Shown piece by piece: positions 54,381-63,847 of a stretch of 64,000 nt of DNA (positions are counted from its first letter, which is position 1; each line of letters opens with the position of its first letter). The notes below the pieces were generated by a model. That model worked only from the letters and a program-made list of their open reading frames with translations, did not search any database and had not been told where the DNA came from. This DNA comes from a virus (taxonomy: Duplodnaviria > Caudoviricetes): IMG/VR virus record IMGVR_UViG_3300021411_000005, positions 11,909 to 75,908 of that record. One strand, written 5' to 3'. Both the position numbers and the translations under genes were made by a program.

Positions 54381-57236
54381 GTGGCCATCGCCTTCCGTTC
54401 CGCAGGCACCCGGCTGAAGACCGATGTCGGAGTGACAGGAGATCTCCAGAACGTCCCCATGCCCGCCGGGCACGTGGCCACCGATCTTCTGCTGATGTTC
54501 GTGCTCACGGATGACAACGTCGGTCCGACCAACTACCCGGGCTGGACGTTCCTCGGAGTGGGCACCCCGGGTCCGTCCACCACGTCCCTGCTCCGGCCGC
54601 ATCTCTGGGTCTTCTACCGGATTGACACCGGATCCCTGGGGGCCAACGCTCAGATCAACTTCAGCCTGAACGCGTACCCCAACGGCTTCCCCTACGTCCT
54701 GGCGTGCATCCTGGCGTACACCGGCTGCGACCAGACCTCACCGATCGGTGAGTGGAATCTCCAGGGGACAACCGAAAGCGCAGTCACCCGGGCCCACCCC
54801 CAGCTCACCACCGCCACGGCCAGTGACTGGCTGATGACGGTCCGGGCTGTCAGCGCCGGATCCCCCGCGGCCACCTTCACCTGCTCTGTCGGAACCGATG
54901 CGGAGCGGGTGGACGACAACGACGGTTTCCCGGAGCTGTCCTTCGGCATCTACGACTCCAACACGGCGCTGGCCGCCGGGCTCCAGACCCAGCGCAGTAC
55001 CACGGCCAGCCGGACTGCGTCCTGGGGCAGCGTCCTGGCGTCCATCGCGCTCCGGCCGACGTCCCCGAACGTCTCCCAGGCTCCCGTGGCCCAGGGCTCC
55101 GGCGCGGCGTACGACGCTACCGTCCATGCGGTCTCCGGACCCTGGGACGCCTGCGGGGTGCTGCCGGTCTACAGCTTCGCCATTGACTGGAACGGTGACG
55201 GGAGCCTGAGCACGCCGGGCGCCAACCTGACGTCCAACCCCTACGTACCGGTGGACATCACCGGCTGGAACGGGAACAACGCTGCCGTCACCTGGTCCGC
55301 CGACCTGGCACCGATCCGGGTACCCGGATCCGTCAAGGCGGTGCCCAACGGGTCCAGCGCGTCCGGCGGGGTGAACCAGTCACCGCACAGCACGCTGAAC
55401 AGCATCACGGCGGGGAACAGCTACACCGCCGACGGCTGGGTCTACGTGCCCGGCGGCTGGAGCGACATACAGGCGTGCGTGGACTGGTTCGACGCTTCGG
55501 ACGTCTTCATCTCCTCCGGCCTGGGAACCGGGATCCCGGCCGCCGCGGGAACCTGGGTCCACCTCACCCAGACCTTCGTTGCGCCGTCCGGCGCAGTCCG
55601 CGGGTCGGCGCGGATCCGGCACGGCAGCACTCCGGCATCCAGCGTCGTCTACTACGCCTGGGGAATCCTGCTCCTGGACCCGGTGGCGCCGGGGACCTAC
55701 ATAGCCCCCGGGCCCGGAGAGGACGTCACCTCCGACATCCTGAGCGACGGAGTCACGATCGAGTACGGCAGGGACCAGTCCCGCCAGCTCTCCCCGCCGA
55801 AGATCGGGAACTCCTCCTTCTCGCTTGACAACACCGCCCGGGTCTACTCCCCGGAGAACGCCACGTCCCCGCTGGCCGGTGACCTGGACCCGGCGCGGCC
55901 GATGGCCGGGGCGGTCCTCTTCAACGGCACGGTCTACCCCATGGGCACCGGCCGGATAGACGACTACGACCTCCACGCCGACTACACGAACCGGACCGTC
56001 AGCTTCACGTTCATGGACGGCCTGAAGTCCCTGGACGGCGTGACCCTGTCCACGGAGGTGGTCAGGTCCCAGCGCACCGGGGACCTGATCAACTACATCC
56101 TGGACCAGGCCGGATGGACCGGGCCGCGGGATATCGACCCGGGCGCCACGATCGTCCCGTACTGGTGGGCCGAAGGGGTCAGCGCCTTCTCCGCCGTCCA
56201 GGATCTGGTGAAGTCGGAGGGGCCGCCGTCGATCGCCTACGTCAGCCTGGACGGAACCTTCGTCTTCCGGGACCGCCACCACCGGCTCCTGCGTACGCAG
56301 TCCGTCACGGCGCAGGCGGTCTTCGCTCAGCCGGAGCTGGGGGAGTGCGCGCCTCCGGCCGTGACCGGCCTGAGCTTCACTCCGCCGTTCGACTACCAGC
56401 ACGGCTGGCGCGACATCGTCAACTCCGTGACCTTCACGGTGACCGACCGGAACCCGGACGCTGTGCTGACCGCGGTCTGGACTTCGGACGACAGTGTCAC
56501 CCTGGCCATCGGGGAGACGTATTCGATCGAGATCTCCGCCAGCGACCCGTTCGTCAATGCCGTGGCTCCAGTGCTGGGAACCGACTTCACCAAGACCGGT
56601 CTGGGCACGGTCCAGGCCACGATTTCCCGGACGTCCGGGCAGACCACCACGGTCATGCTCCTGGCGGTCGGCGGATCCGTGACCGTCACCGGTCTTCAGC
56701 TCCGCGCGCAGGCCATCCCGGTGGTGCGCACCACCAAGGTCTCCCGGCAGGACACCGGGTCGATCTCCCAGCACGGGGAGCGCGCGTACCCGGACACAGC
56801 GCCCTGGGCCAACGTGGCCGACTCCTACGCCATCGCGGGAACGCTGCTGGTCCACTACTCCCAGCGGCGCCCCACCATTCAGCTACGGGTGGTGGCCGCC
56901 GACGGGGAGCACTACCGGCAGATCCTCTCCCGGATGATCTCCGACCGGATCCACATCGTCAACGGGGAGCTGGGCCTGGATGACGACTTCTTCATCGAAC
57001 AGGTGTCGCACCGGATCGACCGCCTGAACAAGCCCGGCCAGCCGCCGGTCCACTCCGTGGTCTTCGGATGTGAGAAGGAGCTGTTCGTCACCTCCAACCC
57101 CTTCCGGTTCGACGTTCGCGGGGCCGGATTCGACCAGGGTGTGTTCGACCCGATCAGCTCGGACGACCCGGCCACCGTTTTCGTGTTCGATGATCTGGTC
57201 CGGGGTCAGTTCGACGTCGGCACCTTCGGAACGTGA
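54381..57236 (+). CDS. Minor tail / baseplate protein with carbohydrate-binding-like module
   Basis: 951 aa after TMP; CBM-like segment (AGNSYTADGW...AGTWVHLTQTFVAPSGA). Confidence 0.75.
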   Translation: MAIAFRSAGTRLKTDVGVTGDLQNVPMPAGHVATDLLLMFVLTDDNVGPTNYPGWTFLGVGTPGPSTTSLLRPHLWVFYRIDTGSLGANAQINFSLNAYPNGFPYVLACILAYTGCDQTSPIGEWNLQGTTESAVTRAHPQLTTATASDWLMTVRAVSAGSPAATFTCSVGTDAERVDDNDGFPELSFGIYDSNTALAAGLQTQRSTTASRTASWGSVLASIALRPTSPNVSQAPVAQGSGAAYDATVHAVSGPWDACGVLPVYSFAIDWNGDGSLSTPGANLTSNPYVPVDITGWNGNNAAVTWSADLAPIRVPGSVKAVPNGSSASGGVNQSPHSTLNSITAGNSYTADGWVYVPGGWSDIQACVDWFDASDVFISSGLGTGIPAAAGTWVHLTQTFVAPSGAVRGSARIRHGSTPASSVVYYAWGILLLDPVAPGTYIAPGPGEDVTSDILSDGVTIEYGRDQSRQLSPPKIGNSSFSLDNTARVYSPENATSPLAGDLDPARPMAGAVLFNGTVYPMGTGRIDDYDLHADYTNRTVSFTFMDGLKSLDGVTLSTEVVRSQRTGDLINYILDQAGWTGPRDIDPGATIVPYWWAEGVSAFSAVQDLVKSEGPPSIAYVSLDGTFVFRDRHHRLLRTQSVTAQAVFAQPELGECAPPAVTGLSFTPPFDYQHGWRDIVNSVTFTVTDRNPDAVLTAVWTSDDSVTLAIGETYSIEISASDPFVNAVAPVLGTDFTKTGLGTVQATISRTSGQTTTVMLLAVGGSVTVTGLQLRAQAIPVVRTTKVSRQDTGSISQHGERAYPDTAPWANVADSYAIAGTLLVHYSQRRPTIQLRVVAADGEHYRQILSRMISDRIHIVNGELGLDDDFFIEQVSHRIDRLNKPGQPPVHSVVFGCEKELFVTSNPFRFDVRGAGFDQGVFDPISSDDPATVFVFDDLVRGQFDVGTFGT

Positions 57237-57243
57237 GGAAACC

Positions 57244-57597
57244 ATGGACCTGACCCCGGCACGCGCATACATCTACAACGGCGAATGGGTCGCCGACTGC
57301 CCGCGGAAGGGCTGCGGGAACGTGGAGTTCCTCTGGACCGCCGTGGTCCCCAACGGGCCGCGATGCCAGCCGAAGCCCTTCTATGCCTGCTCCTACTGCG
57401 GGTACCAGGGCGGAATCGACTGGCCGGACACCGGCTTCATGGTCCGGGCCATGGACATCCTGATGAAGCGGCCGGTCCCCAATACCCGGAACTGGTACCC
57501 CCAGGACCACCCGGTGGCGGTCAACTTCCGGATCCCGCACGGCCAGACCATCGGTGATCTGATGGCGGAGAACGAAGAGCACGGGGTGACGGTATGA
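57244..57597 (+). CDS. Cys-rich tail-associated protein
   Basis: GAGG RBS; DCPRKGC, CSYC. Confidence 0.6.
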   Translation: MDLTPARAYIYNGEWVADCPRKGCGNVEFLWTAVVPNGPRCQPKPFYACSYCGYQGGIDWPDTGFMVRAMDILMKRPVPNTRNWYPQDHPVAVNFRIPHGQTIGDLMAENEEHGVTV

Positions 57598-58133
57598 GCT
57601 GGTCAGCACCTATGACGGCCGTGGCCGGAGCCACCTTCACCGCGGCCCAGTTCAACCAGTACGTCCGGGACAATCTGAACGCCACCGCCCCGGCGCTGGC
57701 CACGGCGGCCAGCCAGATCTTCGTCTCCACCGGGATCAACGCCATTGCCGCCCGGGTTCCCTCCAGCCAGTCGGTCTCCACGGCGCAGGCGTCCTCCACT
57801 TCGTCGTACCTGGACCTGGCCACCGCCGGTCCGACCATCACCGCTGTCACCGGGACGATCGCCATCGTGCTGTTCGCCTGCGGCGTGTCCACCGCCACTA
57901 ACGACACGTCCTGTCTGGTGAGCGTCGCCGTCAGCGGTGCGTCGTCCGTGGCGGCCAGCGATGCATGGGCCATCCAGATGGACGGCATCACCGCGAACAA
58001 CGTGGTGCGGTACAGCGGCGTACACATCTTCACCGGGCTCACCGCCGGGTCGAACACCTTCACCATGAAATACAAGGCGGGCGGGTCCACATCCACCTTC
58101 CGTAACCGGGAACTCAACCTCATTCCCCTTTAA
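57594..58133 (+). CDS. Tail fibre/tip protein A
   Basis: MSWSAPMTAVAGATFTAAQFNQYVRDNLN; S/T-rich. Confidence 0.7.
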   Translation: MSWSAPMTAVAGATFTAAQFNQYVRDNLNATAPALATAASQIFVSTGINAIAARVPSSQSVSTAQASSTSSYLDLATAGPTITAVTGTIAIVLFACGVSTATNDTSCLVSVAVSGASSVAASDAWAIQMDGITANNVVRYSGVHIFTGLTAGSNTFTMKYKAGGSTSTFRNRELNLIPL

Positions 58134-58146
58134 AGGAGGGAGCGCC

Positions 58147-58449
58147 GTGGCTACGGTGAAGAACTACATGCGCACGCTGTGGGATACGCAGCAGACCGTC
58201 TGCAATGCGCTGGGCATGGACCTGCGCCGGGCGTCTTTCGACATCCGGTGCCTGGTCATTGCTATGGACGCACCCATTGCCCTCCTGATCAAGATCATGG
58301 TGGACAAGGGCCTGTTCACCGACGTGGAGCTGAACGGCTACGTGCAGGCAGCACGGAATCAGCCCTTCCTCCGGATGCCGGTGGAGGACCCGGTGATCCC
58401 CGACGCCGGGCCCGGGACCATCCCCTTCCCCCTGCCGATTCAGGAGTGA
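58147..58449 (+). CDS. Hypothetical protein (partner of fibre A)
   Basis: AAAGGAGG RBS. Confidence 0.6.
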   Translation: MATVKNYMRTLWDTQQTVCNALGMDLRRASFDIRCLVIAMDAPIALLIKIMVDKGLFTDVELNGYVQAARNQPFLRMPVEDPVIPDAGPGTIPFPLPIQE

Positions 58450-58455
58450 TCGCTG

Positions 58456-58995
58456 ATGTCCTGGACAGCACCCATGACCGCCATCGCGGGCAGCGTCTTC
58501 ACCGCGGCCCAGTTCAACACCTTCGTCCGTGACAATCTGAACGAATGCCCGGCTGCCAAAGCCAGCACACCGGGCAGTATGTTCGTCACATCGGCAACCA
58601 ATCAGGTGGCGGAGCGCACGCCGGTCACAGCCGCAGTGGCAGCACAGGAGTCCACTACTTCACTGTCATTCGTCAATCTGACCACCCCGGGTCCGGCGGT
58701 CACCCTGGTCACCGGAAGCACTGCTCTCATCATCATCACGTCTCAGGTAAACGATCAGAGCGCTTCGTTCGGTGCGTCAGTTGGTGTTGACATCAGCGGA
58801 GCAACCAGCGAGTCGGCCGACATCAGCGAATGTCTGCGGCATGAGACCAACGGAACGACCGAATTCAACCGGAGCAGCGCTGTCCGGCTGCATACGTCTC
58901 TCACTCCAGGAACCAATACGTTCAAGCTCATGTATCTGGTGGACGGCGGAACGGGGCAGTTCCGGTACCGGACCATTACTGTTGTCCCGTTTTGA
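58456..58995 (+). CDS. Tail fibre/tip protein B (paralog of A)
   Basis: MSWTAPMTAIAGSVFTAAQFNTFVRDNLN; same length (179 aa); lower GC. Confidence 0.7.
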   Translation: MSWTAPMTAIAGSVFTAAQFNTFVRDNLNECPAAKASTPGSMFVTSATNQVAERTPVTAAVAAQESTTSLSFVNLTTPGPAVTLVTGSTALIIITSQVNDQSASFGASVGVDISGATSESADISECLRHETNGTTEFNRSSAVRLHTSLTPGTNTFKLMYLVDGGTGQFRYRTITVVPF

Positions 58996-59007
58996 AAGGA
59001 GTGGCTG

Positions 59008-59280
59008 ATGGCCACACAGTCTGAAGCATTCCAGCGCGCTTACGGAGTAACAAATCTGTCGTTTTACGGGGTGTCCCTTCTCATAGGGCCTACCTGGTAT
59101 CTCAACAGTCTCAGCGAAGATCTGTCCCTGAGCCGGGAACTGACGGCCACCACTGCGGCGACTGCCAAAACGGAAGCGGAGGAGTATTTGTCCGGGACGC
59201 TGGGATTCACCCAGGTGGGCCGATGGGCAGAAGACCCCGGCCAGGAGTTCACATCCGTCTGGGTGAACATCCCGATCTGA
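59008..59280 (+). CDS. Hypothetical protein (partner of fibre B)
   Basis: AAAGGAG RBS; lower GC. Confidence 0.6.
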   Translation: MATQSEAFQRAYGVTNLSFYGVSLLIGPTWYLNSLSEDLSLSRELTATTAATAKTEAEEYLSGTLGFTQVGRWAEDPGQEFTSVWVNIPI

Positions 59281-59294
59281 GAGGAACGGTCAGC

Positions 59295-60260
59295 ATGGTC
59301 AGCATCCCCGGGGTGGACTACCCCTGGACACACCCCAGCGCCAAGGCGCTCCAGGACGCCGGGAAGAAGTTCGCCTGCCGGTACCTGTCCCGGGACACGG
59401 AGAAGAACCTGTCCCTGGCCGAAGCCCGGGACCTGGCCGCGCACGGAATGTCCTCCGTCGTGGTCTGGGAGACCACGGCCAACCGGGCGCTGTCCGGCCG
59501 TACGGGCGGTATCGCCGACGCTCGGGCCGCCGCGCTCCAGGCCACCGCGTGCGGGATGCCTTCCGGGCGACCGGTTTACTTCGCCACCGACTGGGACGTT
59601 ACCGAAGCTCAGCAATCTGTGGTGAACGCCTACCTGGATGGCGCCGGATCGGTCATCGGGAAGTCCTGGGTGGGGGTGTACGGGGGCTACTACGCCGTGA
59701 AGCGCGCCCTGGACGGCGGTCACGCGGAGTGGGGCTGGCAGACGTTCGCCTGGTCCGGCGGACAATGGGACTCCCGGGCAGTCATCCGCCAGGGCAATCA
59801 GGCGAAGATCGGCGGAGTCACCGTTGATCTGGACACCGCTCTGGCCGCCGACTACGGCCAGTGGACACCGGGAGAACTCCCGGAGGAGGCAGATGTGGCA
59901 CTCACCGACGCAGACAAGACCTGGATCAAGGGCACGGTCACCGCAGCGGCCCAGGCCGCCGTCCGGGACCTGGCGTATCCCGCGGTCGTCCAGGGCGACA
60001 AGGTACCGGCGCCGCTGCCGGACGCGAAGAACCCGGCCTGGACGATGGAGACCTACCTCCGGCAGCTCTACCTCCGGGTGCTGGAGGTCAAGGCCGGGGG
60101 CAGCGGGGACTCCGGCGCGCCGGAGCTGATCGCGGCCGTCAACGACCTGCGCGCTTCGGTGGACCAGCTCCGTACCGCGGTCACCGACCCGTCCGGCTTC
60201 CTGGACAAGCTGTCCGCGGAGCTGGCGCAGTACACCGTGAAGTTCGAGAAGGAGGCGTAA
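59295..60260 (+). CDS. Endolysin, DUF1906/GH25-like glycoside hydrolase
   Basis: PGVDY...FACRYLS...VVWET...VYFATDWD...GVYGG...WQTFAWS. Confidence 0.85.
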   Translation: MVSIPGVDYPWTHPSAKALQDAGKKFACRYLSRDTEKNLSLAEARDLAAHGMSSVVVWETTANRALSGRTGGIADARAAALQATACGMPSGRPVYFATDWDVTEAQQSVVNAYLDGAGSVIGKSWVGVYGGYYAVKRALDGGHAEWGWQTFAWSGGQWDSRAVIRQGNQAKIGGVTVDLDTALAADYGQWTPGELPEEADVALTDADKTWIKGTVTAAAQAAVRDLAYPAVVQGDKVPAPLPDAKNPAWTMETYLRQLYLRVLEVKAGGSGDSGAPELIAAVNDLRASVDQLRTAVTDPSGFLDKLSAELAQYTVKFEKEA

Positions 60261-60265
60261 GTCCC

Positions 60266-60529
60266 GTGTCGATGCAGGCTCAGATCAAGGAATGGGTGGA
60301 TGACGCACTCCAGGCCGTCCTGGGTGGCGTGCTGGAGCGTCTGGTCAAGCTGGAGGACTACGTCAAGGCCATCGAACAGGCCGACCAGGTACCCGCCGAC
60401 CCGGCGCCCCGTGTGGCCAATCCCGCCCGTACGACGTCGGGGACGGCGGCCAAGAGCACCCCGGCCAAGGCGTCCGGCGGGACCACGGCGCGGGCGGCCA
60501 CGGCCACCGGCAAGGGCACGGCCACGTAG
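60266..60529 (+). CDS. Hypothetical protein
   Basis: AAGGAGG RBS; coiled coil with an A/T/K-rich tail. Confidence 0.55.
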   Translation: MSMQAQIKEWVDDALQAVLGGVLERLVKLEDYVKAIEQADQVPADPAPRVANPARTTSGTAAKSTPAKASGGTTARAATATGKGTAT

Positions 60530-60569
60530 TACGCTGGCCGGTGGTTGGTGATGACCGTTCGGAGGCCCG

Positions 60570-60596
60570 GGGCCGCTCTCGCAGGAGCGGCCCTTT
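60570..60596 (+). terminator. Intrinsic terminator
   Basis: GGGCCGCTC/GAGCGGCCC followed by TTT. Confidence 0.6.
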
Positions 60597-60623
60597 GCCG
60601 TACCAGGAGAAAAGGAAACCAGG

Positions 60624-61712
60624 ATGAAGATCACCGTGTTCCCGGCCGACGTCTACGGCTGCGGTCACTTCCGGCTCATCTGGGCCTGCGAGCTGCTCCG
60701 GGCCCAGGGCGCGGACATCGACGTCGTACCGCCGGGAGAGCGCCAACTGGAACTCCGGGTGGACCGGGAACGGGTGGACGATGTGATCGGCCTGGAGACG
60801 GACGTAGTGGTCTTCCAGCGGGTCACGCACAGCTTCATGGCGCAGGCGGTCCCGATCCTGCGGGCCAAGGGCGTGACGGTCGTGGTGGACATTGACGACG
60901 ACCTGATGTCGGTCCATCCGTCGAATCCGGCCTACGCGGCCATGCACCCGCGCAACGAGTGGCGCAGCGAACCGGGCGCACGCGGTCCCCGGCGCCACAA
61001 CTGGAAGCATCTCAGCACGGCGTGCCGGGAAGCCTCGCTGGTGACCGTGTCCACGCCGGGTCTGCTGGACGTCTACGCCCGGCACGGCCGGGGACGCGTG
61101 ATCTACAACCACCTGCCGGACATCTACTACGGCGTGGAGCACACCGACAGCGACATCATCGGCTGGCCCGCGGCGCTGGCCTCCCACCCGGAGGACCCCT
61201 CCGCCACGGGGGGCGCCGTCGCGCGGCTGTGCAGCGACCAGGCGGCCTTCCGGGTGGTCGGTGACCCGACGGGCTGCGGGCTGGCCTTCGGGCTCCCCCA
61301 GGACCCTCCAGGGATCCAGGGTGTGGACGTCTACCGGTGGCCGCTGGAGGTGGCGAAGCTGGGGATCGGAATTGCCCCGCTGGCCGACAGCCGGTTCAAC
61401 GCCTGCAAGAGCTGGCTGAAGCCGCTGGAGATGTCGGCGCTGGGTGTCCCCTGGGTGGCCTCCCCGCGGCCGGAGTACGCAGCGCTGCATGCGCGCGGCG
61501 CCGGGATCCTGGCGGGCAACCCCCGGCGCTGGTACCGGGAGCTGGACCGGCTGCGGAAGTCGGCCGGACTGCGGGAGGAGCTGGCCGGGCGCGGCCGGGA
61601 GACGGCCGATGGCCTCCGGCTGCGGGGGAACGAGTGGCGGTGGATGGACGCCTGGATGTACGCCTACGCGCTACAGAACGGCAGGGACCGGACCGGAGCG
61701 TCGGCGCAGTAG
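60624..61712 (+). CDS. Glycosyltransferase, GT-B fold (GT4-like)
   Basis: GCGHFRL, VVFQR, VVDIDDD, VTVSTP, GIAPLADSRFNACKSWLKPLEMSALGVPWVASP. Confidence 0.88.
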   Translation: MKITVFPADVYGCGHFRLIWACELLRAQGADIDVVPPGERQLELRVDRERVDDVIGLETDVVVFQRVTHSFMAQAVPILRAKGVTVVVDIDDDLMSVHPSNPAYAAMHPRNEWRSEPGARGPRRHNWKHLSTACREASLVTVSTPGLLDVYARHGRGRVIYNHLPDIYYGVEHTDSDIIGWPAALASHPEDPSATGGAVARLCSDQAAFRVVGDPTGCGLAFGLPQDPPGIQGVDVYRWPLEVAKLGIGIAPLADSRFNACKSWLKPLEMSALGVPWVASPRPEYAALHARGAGILAGNPRRWYRELDRLRKSAGLREELAGRGRETADGLRLRGNEWRWMDAWMYAYALQNGRDRTGASAQ

Positions 61713-61883
61713 CTCCGCGCACCCCTTCTCCAGTTCGTCGGTGCGCCCCTCCAGTGCGGCTATCTGGGACAGCAGAAAGGCCCGGGAACCGGGATCCATC
61801 CTCCCGTCCCGGGCCAGGTGTCTCTTGGCCTCCAGCCGGTCCCGCACGTTCGCTGTGTGGTCGGCCAGCTCTTCCAGGGTCAT
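61671..61883 (-). CDS. Hypothetical protein
   Basis: In the leftward operon downstream of whiB. Confidence 0.45.
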   Translation of the reverse strand: MTLEELADHTANVRDRLEAKRHLARDGRMDPGSRAFLLSQIAALEGRTDELEKGCAELLRRRSGPVPAVL

Positions 61884-61885
61884 GG

Positions 61886-62257
61886 TCACGATGCGTCTTC
61901 TCTCTCGGGTTCGGGACGGCTCCCGTTCGGCCACGAAGAGCCGCACCGGCCGCAGATCTCATAACTGGTGATCACCACCAGGTCGGTCCCCAGGCAGACC
62001 GGGCACTTGGCCCGGGTGCGGCTGCGGGAGATGGCCCGGCGCATGGCGGTGGAGGTCCCGCCCCAGTAGCCCTCCGACCCTGATTCCAGGGCCTCCTGGA
62101 GGCACTTCGGCCGGACGGGGCAGTGGTCGCAGTAGCGCCCCCGGGTGGCGGCCAGACCGTGATCGGTCTCCACCAGCGGCATGAACAGGTCCGGGTCGGC
62201 GCCCCTGCACAGCGCTGCGCCCTGCCAGTTGTCCGATGTGACGTGACCTCTGCCCAT
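61886..62257 (-). CDS. whiB: WhiB-family Fe-S transcription factor with C-terminal Zn-ribbon
   Basis: WQGAALCRGADPDLF...CDHCPVRPKCLQEAL...GYWGGTS...R; extra CPVC...CGRC. Confidence 0.9.
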   Translation of the reverse strand: MGRGHVTSDNWQGAALCRGADPDLFMPLVETDHGLAATRGRYCDHCPVRPKCLQEALESGSEGYWGGTSTAMRRAISRSRTRAKCPVCLGTDLVVITSYEICGRCGSSWPNGSRPEPEREDAS

Positions 62258-62308
62258 GATTTCCTCGGTCCTGTTAACTGCATTGTGCCTCCGTGCCCCG
62301 GAAACGAA

Positions 62309-62341
62309 GAAGGGCCGTACCGGAGTCCGGTACGGCCCTTC
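62309..62341. terminator. Strong hairpin (terminator-like)
   Basis: 15-bp stem GAAGGGCCGTACCGG/CCGGTACGGCCCTTC. Confidence 0.65.
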
Positions 62342-62347
62342 GGCAGT

Positions 62348-62464
62348 TCATCCTCTCGGTTCGTCCACGGGCGGGCACGGAACGGTGATCGGGTGCTTCT
62401 CCGGCGGCGCCGGGCGCGGCTCGTACTTCGGCCGCTGATCGTACGGCCGGGGATCTTTGGCCAT
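62348..62464 (-). CDS. Small Pro-rich peptide (38 aa)
   Basis: GAGGAAG RBS; MAKDPRPYDQRPKYEPRP... Confidence 0.4.
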   Translation of the reverse strand: MAKDPRPYDQRPKYEPRPAPPEKHPITVPCPPVDEPRG

Positions 62465-62499
62465 GGCTTCCTCATTTCCTTCGTCGGGTGGTGCGGGGA

Positions 62500-62883
62500 T
62501 CAGAATCTCCACCAGCCGCTGTAGCCCGGCGGGATCTCCGGGTACGCGGCCAGCATCGGGCGCAGGACGGCCAGGTGGATCTCCTGGACCGTCAGCGGGA
62601 CGTTCCCCCAGTAGGACTCCCCGTCCCAGCGGCCATCGCACTGGCCGCCGTACCGGCCGTCGTCATGCCGGGCCAGGAACTCCTCCGCGTCTGCCGGAGC
62701 GGGCTTCTGGTGGTCCCAGAGGGTTCCGATGTTCGCGGAGGTGATCCCGTTCTTCCGTCGGTACCAGACAGCTCCGATCCGCAGATCGGTCCAGCCGATA
62801 CCGCGGTCCAGGGTCATCCGGAGACCGGAGAGGTCCACGGCGTACGGCCGGTGGGAGAACACGAACTTCTCTTCGCGGATCAC
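62500..62883 (-). CDS. Hypothetical protein
   Basis: GTGA coupling. Confidence 0.6.
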   Translation of the reverse strand: MIREEKFVFSHRPYAVDLSGLRMTLDRGIGWTDLRIGAVWYRRKNGITSANIGTLWDHQKPAPADAEEFLARHDDGRYGGQCDGRWDGESYWGNVPLTVQEIHLAVLRPMLAAYPEIPPGYSGWWRF

Positions 62884-63788
62884 CGCGGGTTGTCCGCCAG
62901 GAACTGGCGGATCTCCGGCCAGCGCTCGGACACTTCCACCAGGCTGCTCCGGTCCTCTTCCATCTGCTCCGTGGCAGCGTCCCAGGCGGTCTCATCCCGG
63001 TACGGCAGAACGCTGTCCCGGACCAGGTCCCCGATCGTCACGGGGTCCAGCGCGTCCAGCTCCCAGGACTGGTCCCCGTACAGGTCCACGTAGCCGGACG
63101 CACGGGCGTCCGACATCTTGGCCGGGTTCGGCGGGGGGTTGTACTGGTCCACCTGGTCCATGGTCAGCGCAATCCGGCGGACCTCCACGGTGGAGCCGAA
63201 CAGGGCCAGGCGGTCCTGGATGTCCCGGGTCATGTCGATGCCGGAGGGGTCGTGGTCTCCCAGGTGGAGGATCACCGTGTCCTGCCCGGCGCGCTCGTAC
63301 GTCTTCAGCCGACCGGCCGCGCGCCACATCGCCGACGCACTGGTGTACCCGCGGCAGGAGAAGTACCGGACGTCCAACTCTTCGCACGGACGTTCCAGGA
63401 CGCCGACCAGGGCGTCCTTCTCGATCCAGACCTCCAGCCGTGCGGGCTGGTCCTGCCAGCGCTCGGTCAGGTAGCCGTACTGGACGCTTTCGATCACATC
63501 GGCCGGGCTGGTGACGTAGCTGTTGCCCCGCAGGAAGCGGGTCCGGTCCATGATGTGGTACCAGTCGATCATCCCGGCCAGCCGGGCGTCCGCGATGATG
63601 TCCCCCAGCCGCTTGTACTGCCGGTCGTTGTTGGGGATCAGGCCGCGGGAGACAAACTGGTAGTAGAGCTGGCGGAGCGTGAGGTCCAGCCCCTGTTCCT
63701 GGTAGCTGATGCAGATGGCCTCCGCCTGAGCGATGACGTCCAGGGACGCCTGGCCGAACCGCTTCGGAACGTATGTGATCTTCGGCAC
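62880..63788 (-). CDS. TopoVI-A/JetD-like TOPRIM protein
   Basis: TLRQLYY (wHTH Tyr), LEVWIEKDAL, CRGYTS, HLGDHDPSG (DxD), WELDAL. Confidence 0.8.
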   Translation of the reverse strand: MPKITYVPKRFGQASLDVIAQAEAICISYQEQGLDLTLRQLYYQFVSRGLIPNNDRQYKRLGDIIADARLAGMIDWYHIMDRTRFLRGNSYVTSPADVIESVQYGYLTERWQDQPARLEVWIEKDALVGVLERPCEELDVRYFSCRGYTSASAMWRAAGRLKTYERAGQDTVILHLGDHDPSGIDMTRDIQDRLALFGSTVEVRRIALTMDQVDQYNPPPNPAKMSDARASGYVDLYGDQSWELDALDPVTIGDLVRDSVLPYRDETAWDAATEQMEEDRSSLVEVSERWPEIRQFLADNPR

Positions 63789-63847
63789 GGCTCCTCCGTT
63801 TCCTCTTTCCTGGTGGCGGCCGGGCGGTCTCCCGCCCGGCCGGTGGA

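Noticed and set aside
28154-60536. TACGCTG at 28154, 36489 and 60530 as a shared late-promoter -10 element
   Set aside because: All three are intergenic, but about three copies per strand are expected by chance in 64 kb and no shared upstream motif was seen
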